Positions 54,600-64,000 of a stretch of 64,000 nt of DNA are shown here, piece after piece; within the stretch, counting starts at the first letter, position 1; each line of letters opens with the position of its first letter. This DNA comes from Hyaloraphidium curvatum SAG 235-1. Its lineage: Eukaryota > Fungi > Monoblepharomycota. The notes under the pieces are model-generated. The model was not told the origin of the DNA. It made no database searches and saw only the letters and a list, made by a program, of their open reading frames with translations. The position numbers and the translations under genes were made by a program. The DNA lies in NCBI GenBank assembly GCA_025558095.1, contig JAIVFI010000040.1, positions 372,001 to 436,000 of the forward strand. Direction: 5' to 3'.

Positions 54600-55133
54600 C
54601 ATCACCTCGTCCGGGTCGACGGGCCGGCCGCAGGGGAAGGTGATCTTGAGCGCGCGGACCCATCGGGCGTTGGAGAGCAGCCCCTCGGCGGTTTTGATCC
54701 AGAAGACCTCGGCCGGACAGCTGATCTATGCGGGGCGCACGCGCGGCTGCGTCAGCGCGGCGGCCCAATCGCCGGCGTCGGCAGATCGCAGGTCCAGCTG
54801 GTCGAGCGCGGCGGCGTCGCGCGGGTAGGCAGAGAAGTCGGGCATGTTGCGGCCGAACGTAAGGCAGAGATGGCGGAGGCGCGGGCAGCAGCGGTCGAGG
54901 AAGGCGATCAGCGGCTGGAAAGCCTCGCCGTCGGGGCCGCCGAGGTGGAGCTCATCCAGGGTTGCTGCGGTCCCGACGGCGTCCTCCATGCGGCGTGCAA
55001 AATTAGTCGCCCCGTCGAGGTCGTGGGCGGTGGCGTAGAACACCTTCAGCTTGCGCGCAGAAGCAGGGAACTTCCAGAGGTCGGGGAGGTGACCGCTGCC
55101 CGCAAAGGAGAGCGAATAGCTGCTTCTCGACAT
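54600..55133 (-). pseudogene. LRR-like (F-box-associated) gene remnant
   Basis: ARKLKVF, TLDELHL, CPRLRHLCL, LDQLDL periodicity; short broken frames and no clear start. Confidence 0.4.
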
Positions 55134-55167
55134 CGATCGTCTCTTCAGTTGCCGTGTGATCTGCTGG

Positions 55168-55953
55168 TCAAGAGTTCACTCCTTGCCAAGGCCGCCAAGA
55201 GCGGATAGTCGCGACCACTGACGAAAGTGGCCAGGTCCGTCCGAATACACCGTCCGAGGGGGATGCGCTCCTAACCTCCGGAGCAGGTAGCTCGCGCCTG
55301 CGATAGTACTTGCTGGTCCGTCCGAGAATGTAGCAGCCGTGCACGAGACCCCTCTCCCTGTCCGGCACCGGATCATCGTCCCGGATGACTGGCAGCGCGT
55401 CCCAGACGTTCGGTTGGAGGGCCCTCTTCATGCTCTCGTGCGGCCACAACGGCCCCGCGAGGCGGAGCTCCAGCGTCCCGCGCCGCTCGGCGGAGAGGTT
55501 GAGCGTTTTGGCGGTGGCGTTCTTCAGGCCGGCACCATCCGTGGCGTGCCCGAGGAGAACGCCCCCAAAGCTGGGGCCGTCCTCGGGGAGGAGCACGTAC
55601 ACGTGCGGCTTGTCGAGTCGCCCGTACTTCTGGAAGACGGTTTGGGGGGGCGGTGCTGGTGCGGCCGGGCCGTGAAAGTCGTGCGTCCGCCCGACCACGA
55701 ATCCGGGCTCGGGGACGTCCCCGTCGCCGATAGGCGCCGCGGCCGCCCAGAGCACGTCCGAGCCGCCGTCCGTCGGGCGGAGCGGACCGGCGCTTCGGAG
55801 CTCCAGCGTAAGGCGGCGCGACGGGGACAACGAGAAGGCGTCCCCAACCGCCGCAGCGAGCTGCGCGCCCGTCGCGGCCCCGGGGACGGCGACGGCGACA
55901 AACTCCGGCCCTGACTCAGGCAAGCATACGGAGAACACGGCGCCGGTCGCCAT
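55168..55953 (-). CDS. Hypothetical protein with two tandem ~100-aa ubiquitin-like (Crinkler-N-like) repeats
   Basis: Repeat 1 VCLPESGPEF..TGAQLAAAV..RRLTLELRSAGPLRP..W..VVGRT; repeat 2 VLLPEDGPSF..DGAGLKNAT..RRGTLELRLAGPLWP..W..ILGRT. Confidence 0.6.
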   Translation of the reverse strand: MATGAVFSVCLPESGPEFVAVAVPGAATGAQLAAAVGDAFSLSPSRRLTLELRSAGPLRPTDGGSDVLWAAAAPIGDGDVPEPGFVVGRTHDFHGPAAPAPPPQTVFQKYGRLDKPHVYVLLPEDGPSFGGVLLGHATDGAGLKNATAKTLNLSAERRGTLELRLAGPLWPHESMKRALQPNVWDALPVIRDDDPVPDRERGLVHGCYILGRTSKYYRRRELPAPEVRSASPSDGVFGRTWPLSSVVATIRSWRPWQGVNS

Positions 55954-56071
55954 TTGACGCAAGGGCGGGCAGGGAAGGCCGAAGCTGTTCACCGCTCCAC
56001 CGCTGATCACCCTTTACCTCCTACGTCGCCCTCATAAAAGGACGCGAAAGCCAGGGCGCAACCCGCTCGAT

Positions 56072-56587
56072 CTATTTCGTCCAGACTTTCTCGATGACGA
56101 CGAGAAGGAAGCCGGTGCAGAGAGTGGTTACAATCGTCCGCCCCCACAGCTTCCACAGTCTCTTGGCCTGCGCCCAAACTTGAGATGACCAAGGCACTTC
56201 GACAGCTGGAAAGGAGTGAGATCGAAGCAATCGTAGGCCATGGGTTCACGCACCTGTCCGGACTTCGCTCTCGTTCGGCGCCGTCGTCGCCAGCACCATG
56301 AAGCCAGGCTCAATCAGCCCAGCAAGGGAGTCGAAATCCGGTTCCGTCCACATCGACCGACCAGCATTGGCGAGTTCAAGAATGTGCGTCTGATGCTCTT
56401 GATCGAATCGCAGATTGCCGTTCACCATGGGCGGCATCGGCACCTTGTGAAGCGTGACGCGAGCGAGCGGAACGCTCAGTTCGTCCGCGCACCGCCTGCG
56501 GAGGTCACCAATCGAGTTGAATTGGTTCCGATCCAGTTCCAGACGGCGGAAGGGGTCCGTCGCCAGCGCAAGGTGAAACGACGACAT
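56072..56587 (-). CDS. Small ubiquitin-like-domain protein with a C-terminal membrane anchor
   Basis: MSSFHLALATDPFRRLELD..SIGDLRRRCADELSVPLARVTLHKV; one intron (GTGCGT..TTCCAG) joins to WGRTIVTTLCTGFLLVVIEKVWTK*. Confidence 0.55.
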
Positions 56588-57882
56588 GTTGTTGACGTGG
56601 CGATCACGACAATTGACCGCGAGGTCCTAATCGGACCACTGGACAACGACACCACTCGTGACGAGATGTTGTACTGCCTTGGTATTGCGCCGGGGTGGTT
56701 GGCCGCCTTCCTCGCAGACGGCCGTTGCCGGTGCACGCTTGACTGTGGACGGGCCCCCCTGGACATGGCTGCCTTTGTCCATCCGCGCGTCTGCTCGAAG
56801 GTCGGCACCGGCCAGCGGCACAAGCGTTACGTGACGCACCTTGCGAGCGGCTTCGCCGAGGGGCTGACGCCTCGCGGCGCTCACGTTGCCTGCCATCATA
56901 CGGAGTACCTTCGCCACGCATGGACTTATCACTATCCAACTTCAACCTGCGACCGTTCGTGACCAAGGTCGGGATGCTGCTGACAACGTCATCCTCCAGG
57001 TCTGCTGGCGCCCTGTGCTAATCGACCCCACCGTGGTGACTCCAGCTATGCTCCCGCACAGCACGCACGACCGGCCTTGTCGCTTCCAAAGCCGAGGCGG
57101 ACAAGATCACGCCGCTGCACCAGCGGTTGCTATTTCCGACCCCTCCCCTGTCGACTTTTAACCGGCGGCTCTGGAAACCTTTGGTCTGCTTGGCCCCAAG
57201 GCCAAGGCTCTTATTCAGGCCGCCGCTTGGCGCGCCATCAGATCCGGCAGGGTGCCGAGGGCAAGGACGTAGACGGTGACGAGCTGATGGCCCGCTACAC
57301 GGGTCGGTTGCGCGCCCTCGCAGGGGTGGGGCGTATGGGATGCCAGGCTCAGATGCGGAAGTTCCGCGAGGCTTGCCTTGTCCGCGGCCATCTTCCCGCG
57401 CCTGCCCTCAGCGGTGGAGAGATGTGTAGGCCCGGGAGAGTAGAAGTGATCAGACCCGGTCGCGGCATGGAAAGCAAAGGCCGGGTCTGGGGACCGGCAA
57501 ATGGGCGATGGGTGCACTGGTTCCTTGCCAAACGCATCCCGCTAATGTCAATGATGAGCCACCGATTTCTCCTCTATACTTCCAACTACAGCTGGCGCTC
57601 AGGGGAGCCGGTGGATGGGCTCCATTGGAGCGGACATTCCGACTCGGCTCAGCAGGCGCTCGGCGGCCGCCCCGGCCGGATTTCGGCGCTTTGGTTATGC
57701 GGGAGAGGGCCTATGAAAGGCGGCGTCGAATCGAGAGCTTTCTCTTCCGCCATTAGCTCTCACGGGTCGCTCAATGACGGGCTTTTCCGCCGGAATTGAG
57801 GATTCACCTCCGCGAGTCCGCCGGACAGGTAAACCTACATTACGAACCGCAATTGGCAATGTAAGCGGAGACATGAGCAATT

Positions 57883-60171
57883 TCACCGGTAATCCAGCAG
57901 GTTCGGCATCCCCGGCCCCACCGCCGGCCCCGTAACGCCCCACTCCCCCAAGACGACCCCCAGGGACAGCTCCTGCACCTCCCTCTCCTCCTCCTCGACA
58001 TGCAGCCCCGACCGCGCGGGGTACTCCTCCGCCGAATACGTCTCGCACACCTCGACCTCCTCCGCGAACCTGACCCTCCTCCCGGCCTTGCTCCCCGAAG
58101 ACACCGACGCGCTCGCGATCGACCCAAAAAGCGGGCTACCCCCGGCCCCGGCATGCTCGTCCCCGCGGTGCGCCGCGCAGACCCAGCAGTGCCCCTCGCT
58201 CCCCCTCCCGGCATGCTCGCACCCCCTCGCCGCTTCCTCCCGCCGCGCCATGACGAGCATTTGCACCTCTGCCCGGCCCAACCGCACCTCGTCCCCTTCG
58301 AGCATCGACCTCAGCAGCACACGCACGGCCTGCGTCTCGGGCTGCCTGCTCCCGTCCAGGAGATCCAGGCACGCCGAGACGTCACCGACGATGCGGGAAT
58401 GCAGCTCCAGCGCCCTCGCCCGGTCCGAAAGCGGCGCCGCCGAGACCATCGCCCGGAACCGCTGCAGCACCGCCAGCATCAGGTAGGCGGCGTAGCACGC
58501 CGCGAACCCGGCGTGGAAAAAGAGCATCGAGTTGCCCAGCTCCGCGGGGGTGAACTCCGCAGACAGCTCGCGCGCGGAACGGGCGGCCAGCATCGCCGCG
58601 CGGAGGGCGGTGCGGAAGCTCGGGGTGCGCATCCACGCCCCCGCCAGCGGGTCGGCGGCGGCGTCGCTCGCGAGGCAGGTCCCACCCCCGGGGAACAGTT
58701 CGGGGGCGTTCAAAAGGATGAGCCACAGCCTGGCTCGGGAAAAGTGCCCGTGCACGATGAGCTGCATCGCGCGGGGGACGGGCACGGCGAGGGCCATGGC
58801 GCGCACGGAGGCGGAGGAGGCGGCGGCGGCCACGTCGGGTGGGAGGGCCGAGGTGAATGCGTGGTGGGCGTCGAGGAGGAAGGCGCGGCGGCGGATGGCT
58901 TCGGGGAGGTGTGGGTTGGAGAGGAGGCGCGGGCGGTAGTCCGATGGGAGGAGATCGTCCGGGAAGGGCGGGGCGCCGGGGGCGAGGATGGCGTCGGCCA
59001 CCAGCACGTCCGTCATCGAAAGGCCGGCCTCGGTGCGCAGCCACGCGGCGTACTCGGCAACCTTGACGATGGCCAGGGAGAGGATCTTGGAGACGTTGTG
59101 CGTGCCGTCGCGCTTGATGTTGCCAACGGTGAATGCCAGGGCCGATGCGCGGGCGGCGCGGTCGAGGGGAGGATCGGCGCACGGGTCCAGCCAGCGGAAG
59201 AAGCCGCCGGATGTGGGGCGCACGGCGTCGGCGGCGAGGAGCTCGGGCGGGATGCGGTCGTCGGCGGTGCGGCGCGAGGGCGGGGGAACGCAAGCGAGGA
59301 GGGACATTGGGAGGCCCACGGGCAGCGTGGGGAACTCGTTGACGGGGTCGATAACGGGCCGCGAGAGGGTGGATGCGGCGACGACGAGGTCGAAGTTGAC
59401 CGCGACGCCGTAGGCGCCGATCCAGTGCTCCCGGATCAGAAAATCGTCCAGCGTGCGCACGGGCCTGCCGACGCCGCGCTCACCGGGGACTCCCGCGCGG
59501 CGCCACACGGCTGCCACGCGCTGCGCCCCGGCCCGTGCGACGGCCGAGTTGTTGAGCACGATGTGGGCAAAGGCCAGGTTGGCGGCGAGGCAGATGGTCA
59601 GCATGAGGGTGTCGAGCGTGTGCAGGTCCACGTCCTCGCCGCGGTCCGCGCGGGCTGCCGCGGCCCAGAAGTTTGCGGCATAGTCGTTGAACAATTGTTC
59701 GAGGCGCTTTTCCAGGCGGGCGGCGAGGGCGGGCAGGGGATGGGGCGAGAAGCCCGGGTGCCATGCGGCGCCTGCGGGCAGCACGCCGGCCGCCTGGGCG
59801 CGGAGGGTGGCCAGTGCCCCGTAAAGCAGGGCCAAGGATTCCAGCAGCGGGTGCGAATAGAGCTCCGCGACCCGGCCCCCGTTGGCCGGTGTGGCCCCCC
59901 GCGCGGCGCCCGAGCCCGCCCCCGGCCCCGCCCCGGCCGGCCCCCCGCCGGCGCCGCCCAGCGCGACCTCCTCGAACGTGTCTCTCAGGAACGGCGACGA
60001 CGCCTCGGCCGGGAACGACGCCATAAAGGCGCGGAGCAGGAAGCCCCGGCCGTGCGGCGACAGCGCGGCATCGCCGCCGTCCGCCGCCGGCGCGGGCGAC
60101 CCCTCGCCGCCCCTCAGCGCCGCCGCGGAGGGCGCAAGCGGCGGCGACGGCGTCGCCACCCTCGCGGGCAT
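57883..60171 (-). CDS. Hypothetical helical protein resembling the fungal TF middle-homology region, with a C-terminal PP1-docking motif
   Basis: Long intronless ORF with GC3-rich codons; IREHWIGAYGVAVNFDLVVAASTLSRPVID resembles the fungal TF regulatory motif; RRVRFAEEVEVCETYSAEEYPAR. Confidence 0.6.
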   Translation of the reverse strand: MPARVATPSPPLAPSAAALRGGEGSPAPAADGGDAALSPHGRGFLLRAFMASFPAEASSPFLRDTFEEVALGGAGGGPAGAGPGAGSGAARGATPANGGRVAELYSHPLLESLALLYGALATLRAQAAGVLPAGAAWHPGFSPHPLPALAARLEKRLEQLFNDYAANFWAAAARADRGEDVDLHTLDTLMLTICLAANLAFAHIVLNNSAVARAGAQRVAAVWRRAGVPGERGVGRPVRTLDDFLIREHWIGAYGVAVNFDLVVAASTLSRPVIDPVNEFPTLPVGLPMSLLACVPPPSRRTADDRIPPELLAADAVRPTSGGFFRWLDPCADPPLDRAARASALAFTVGNIKRDGTHNVSKILSLAIVKVAEYAAWLRTEAGLSMTDVLVADAILAPGAPPFPDDLLPSDYRPRLLSNPHLPEAIRRRAFLLDAHHAFTSALPPDVAAAASSASVRAMALAVPVPRAMQLIVHGHFSRARLWLILLNAPELFPGGGTCLASDAAADPLAGAWMRTPSFRTALRAAMLAARSARELSAEFTPAELGNSMLFFHAGFAACYAAYLMLAVLQRFRAMVSAAPLSDRARALELHSRIVGDVSACLDLLDGSRQPETQAVRVLLRSMLEGDEVRLGRAEVQMLVMARREEAARGCEHAGRGSEGHCWVCAAHRGDEHAGAGGSPLFGSIASASVSSGSKAGRRVRFAEEVEVCETYSAEEYPARSGLHVEEEEREVQELSLGVVLGEWGVTGPAVGPGMPNLLDYR

Positions 60172-61071
60172 CCGGTGGAATCCGGGATGGTGACTTCGCG
60201 CGGTCCCCACCAGCCGCCGCGGCCCGCCCGACCAGGATCCCGCGCAACGCATCCCCATCCCCGACGGCCGCACGCGAACAAGTGATCGCCGCATGCGGGC
60301 ATGATCCTCGCTGTGATCGCCTGCATCTGGCCTTGTTATCCCGAGCCTTCCGCGCTCTGCCTGCCGGCAGGACGCAACCCGGCAGATCCTGGTCCCCTTC
60401 CGGGACTCGCCACCACCGCCCGCGCCCCGCACTCCGCGATCCGCACCGGCGGAATGCAGCCACGTCACAGCCCACGTCCAGGTCACCATGTTCCCTCGGA
60501 GCGGCCCCGACTTGCCACCGGCGGCTCGGCCGCACCCATCCGTGGGGGCCCAGGCCCAGCGGACCCGCGGGACACCGGCACTTTCGCCCGCCCTCGGCAG
60601 CTTGCTCCGTGGACCCCTCTGGGAAAAGGGAGGCCGTGGGGATGGAATGCTGTGCACGGTCCGGGCGGGGGCGGGTACGACGATGCCGTGTCCTGGAAAG
60701 GGGGGAAACGATCCCCGCGTGAGTCACCGCGGGTCTGCGGCGATGCGATGCGATGGTCGGGGATCCGACGTCCGGGACGGGGCGATCGGATCGCATCCCC
60801 CGACCTCGATGCTCGCCCGCGTCGCGACTTGACCATTGTATTCGGGAAAGGAAGGAGGGGAGGGTGTCGCCGAGCTGCCGAGCTCGGGTTCTCTCGGACC
60901 TCAACACCGTCTGTGGCAGGTCGCCGCTAAAAATAAACGGAATCAGAGCAGATTGCCCCAGGGCGTCGGCCCGATGCATCGCGCTCCGTGTATCTCTGGG
61001 CTTCGACGGGGACAACGACGCTGGCCGCGCGTTACTCGCGTTGGTGGCTCTCGACTTGATTCCCGCACACT

Positions 61072-62665
61072 ATGCCGCCCGACGATCCCCCCGCCGGCGG
61101 CGGCACGCCCCTCTTCACCGCGCGGGAATGGGCCGCGCTGTTTCCGACGGCCGCGGAGCCGGCGCGACTGTGGTGGCGCGATGCGGCGCCGGCCGCGGGG
61201 CAGGCCGCCCTCGAACACGCCGCCGCTTTCCGCGCGGCCGAGCAGCCGGACCATCGCGCCGTGCTGGGACACATCCGGAAGGAGGGGCGCTTCCTCCAAT
61301 ACGCCCTGTACCGTGCCAAATTCCTCTCGCCGGCCGCGTACATCTGCTTCCTGCGATTCATGTGGGCTCCAAACACCGCCGCCGCCGTGTTCATTGCCGC
61401 CGTGCTCGCGTTCGGCGCCGCTCTCGCCGCCGCACTCGGCGGCACCGCGTTCTCGGGGCCGTCCGCCGCCATCGGCGCCGTCGCCGCGTGGCTGCCGTTC
61501 GCCTCCCTCGCCGCCCTCTACATCCTGTACACGCGGCGCATGAGGTCGCATGCCCTGCCCAAGGAAATCGCCTTGCAAAGCGGGATCTTCGGCGCCCTGG
61601 CGAGCGTCCGCCACGACCAGCTCGTCGCCGCCGAGCCGTCGTCGCGGCTCCTCGCCCACATCCCCCCCCGCGGCGCGGCACCCTGCCCGTGCCCGAAGCC
61701 CGGTTGTGCCGGCAGGCTCATGGCTTCGGAATCGCTGACGAGGTTGGGCGATGTTGCGGCGTGGATGCTGTTCCAGCTCGCCCTGCTGGTGCTCGCCTGC
61801 TGGACCCCCTTGGTGACCTATGCCGCGACCTTCTGGGCGACGCCGTGGATGGCCGCCCTTGGCGTTCTCGCAGGTGGGCGCACCATTCCTTCGTTGCACC
61901 CCTGCTCAAACCCCCGCGAAAGCCGCGCTGTTCTTTGCTGCCGTCGCCGCCATCGGAGTCGTCCGGGCGACGGCGATCCCCGTCCCCGCGGGGCTCGCCC
62001 TGGAGACCGCGCTGCGCGAACGCGCCGTCGCCGCCGCGCTTTCGGAGCTGCTGGACCGACTGCACGCCGGGGCCGAGTCCCCCGCGCCCGGCCCCCCACG
62101 GACCGTTCAGGCGGGCCCGGAGCACTACATGATCCTCCACTCGCTCCTCATGAGCTCCTGGGACACCCGCTTCGCCAGGCTGTATCCCATGGTCAGGTAA
62201 TTCCTCCTCGTCTTCCCCGCCTCTCTCGCCGCCGCGTTCGTCATGAACGCCGCCGCCGGTTCCTGCGTCGCGGCATGGCAGCTCGTCTACCTCGGCTTCG
62301 TGCTGTGCTGGTCGTTTGCCGAGCTGGGAATCTACGCCAGCGCAAACGCGCAGATCGCCGCCGTGCAGCGGCTTTACGCCGACGCGCGAGGGGAGATCCG
62401 GGCGCTCGCGGCGCGCATCGCCGCGGACCCCGATCCGGCGCTCTGCGCGCTGCGGAGGCAGCTCGCCGCGCACGACGCGGTGCTGGAATGGTCCACGGGC
62501 GAGGCGGAAAAGGCCGGGGCCAAGATGTTCGGGTTCCCGATCACCGGCGGCGTCATCCGGGGCTTGCTCATCACCCTCTTCACCCTGGGCGTCGGCCTGT
62601 GGACGGTGCTACGCGGCCTGGGCATCTTCCTCACGGTCGAGACGATGTGCCCCCTCCGGGCGTAG
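61072..62665 (+). CDS. Multi-pass (~7 TM) membrane protein, gustatory-receptor/DUF3537-like; in-frame TAA at 62198-62200
   Basis: Hydrophobic helices throughout; intron ~61874-61922; C-terminus ASANAQI...AGAKMFGFPITGGVIRGLLITLFTLGVGLWTVL. Confidence 0.6.
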
Positions 62666-62732
62666 CTCCGATCCGGAATCCGCCTCGCTGCCCGGGCCCG
62701 GCGTCTATTCCTCCCGCCCACGCCGCGGCACA

Positions 62733-64000
62733 TCACCCCGCGTGCTCGCCCCTGAACTGCACGTCGCTCGCCTCCGAATCCTGCAGGTATATCTCGCCCG
62801 CCTCGATGATCACCGAGAGGCCGGCGGCCCAGAGGCAGTCGATCGAGATGAGGCCGCCCGAGTAGGTCGCGTGGGTCTCGAAGGGCCGGGGGAGGAGGAA
62901 GACGTCGTCGAGGCGGGCGCTGCGGGTGAAGAGGTGCAGTTGGACCGGGGACAGTCTGTCGTGGGGCGGGGGGCAATCGTCAGCCCGGATGCGCACCGAA
63001 ACCGCGTGCCTCGGGGACCGCCCACCTGTCGACCTCGACTCCCCACTGCGTCCCCGCCCTCCCCACCACCCGCAGCCCCAGCTCGTCCGCCACATCCTTG
63101 CGCAGGAAGATCCCCAGCGTCTGCCTCCCCGCGTCGATCCACGGCTCTATCCTCACCGACGGCCTCGAGTGGAGCCCCCTCGGCACGGACTTGGGCGAGA
63201 ACGGCGCGTCGTCGTCCGATTCCGCGCCGTCGGCCTTGGCCGCGGCTTCCCGCGCCGAGTCCCACACCGCGGAGACGTACATCGGGTGGCGGAACGGCGC
63301 GCGCGGGCGGACCCGCGGCGGGCTGGAGGAGTACTCCCCCGGGCGCAGCAGGTCCCCGGGCAGCTGCAGCACCAGGGGGTGCTCGTCGTGCTCCTCGTCG
63401 TCGAACGAGGCCTCCGAGGGCCGCAGGGGGCGCGGGGGCGCGGTGTACGGGTTCAGGAGGTGGTGCGGGGAGTTCTGCCTCGGCGGGGTGCCGTGCGCCG
63501 AGGGGAAGGCGGAGGTGGGTTGGTTGACGGCGGTGAGGCGGGGGGAGAGGGAGGCGTCGGAGGCGGCGAGGGAGGGCGGGCGGGGCGGGGGGTGGTCCGA
63601 GGCCGGGGGAGGGAGCTCTGCGGCATACACGGGGGCGAAGCAGCCCATCCCAAGGCAAAGGGTTGTTAGGTTCCAATGACGAAGATTCGAGCCCGAATAA
63701 ATGGTACCCAGAAGGGGTTAAGCAGGGAGCGGGATGTCAGGGACCCCGCGGAGCAGATACCTGTGGCGACACCCACCCAGGCCGCCCTCCGCCGGCAGCT
63801 CGCCGCCCGCGGGCACGACGTCCGGCGAGAACGTCGGCGACGCGATGTCCGCCGCGCCGCCCCTCTCGGCCAGCGACCGCACGGTGTGCCGCCGCGGCTC
63901 GTCGTCCGCGGCGTGCGGGCGGTGCGCGCGCCGCGCCATCGCCGCGGCACCCGCGCTGATGGGCAGCGACGACGAGGCGGACGGAGCCGCCGCGTCGCCC
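62733..64000 (-). CDS. Protein with a low-complexity N-terminus and a C-terminal retropepsin-like (clan AA) domain; 5' end outside the window
   Basis: VRIEPWIDAGRQTLGIFLRKDVADELGL, spliced LSPVQLHL..R..DDVF, GLISIDCL; introns near 62955-63025 and 63620-63778. Confidence 0.5.

Noticed and set aside
56600-57800. ORFs 56240..56962 and 57077..57799 as genes or a transposon
   Set aside because: No recognisable motif, terminal repeats or typical codon bias; possibly degraded sequence but not supportable.
2551-62200. Stop-codon reassignment or readthrough suggested by in-frame stops (TGA 2551, TAG 14936, TAA 62198)
   Set aside because: Three different codons, each seen once; TGA and TAG terminate many intact genes here, and conserved genes have no internal stops.
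62733-63200. LTR retrotransposon inferred from the protease-like domain
   Set aside because: No gag, RT, integrase or LTRs nearby, and the domain is interrupted by an intron.

Overview
GC-rich, gene-dense eukaryotic nuclear DNA. Short GT-AG introns (donors GTGGGT/GTGAGT/GTGCGT, CTRAC-like branch sites), a Zn2Cys6 transcription factor, Dma1, an Mcp1-like gene and a TKL kinase point to an early-diverging zoosporic fungus (chytrid/monoblepharid-like); that assignment is inference. About 40 genes or gene remnants can be read, many only after manual splicing. Housekeeping genes (NHE, Dma1, Kin1/MARK, SulP, GST, acyl-CoA oxidase, SDRs) are interspersed with accessory material. Highlights: (1) a plant-RLK-like single-pass receptor kinase whose Cys-rich ectodomain exon is almost identical to that of a GPI-anchored protein about 5 kb away, an SRK/SLG- or RLK/RLP-like pair, although the kinase copy carries a frameshift; (2) a spliced secreted EGF-EGF-chitin-binding (CBM14) protein invisible in the ORF track; (3) an intron-containing plant/cyanobacterial-type [2Fe-2S] ferredoxin; (4) a tightly packed set of bacterial-like enzymes at 29.4-35.7 kb plus an intronless bacterial-like GNAT; (5) a gustatory-receptor/DUF3537-like 7TM protein; (6) several decaying or rearranged genes. 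No rRNA, tRNA, CRISPR or intact transposon was recognised. All family assignments come from motif recognition by eye, not database searches.
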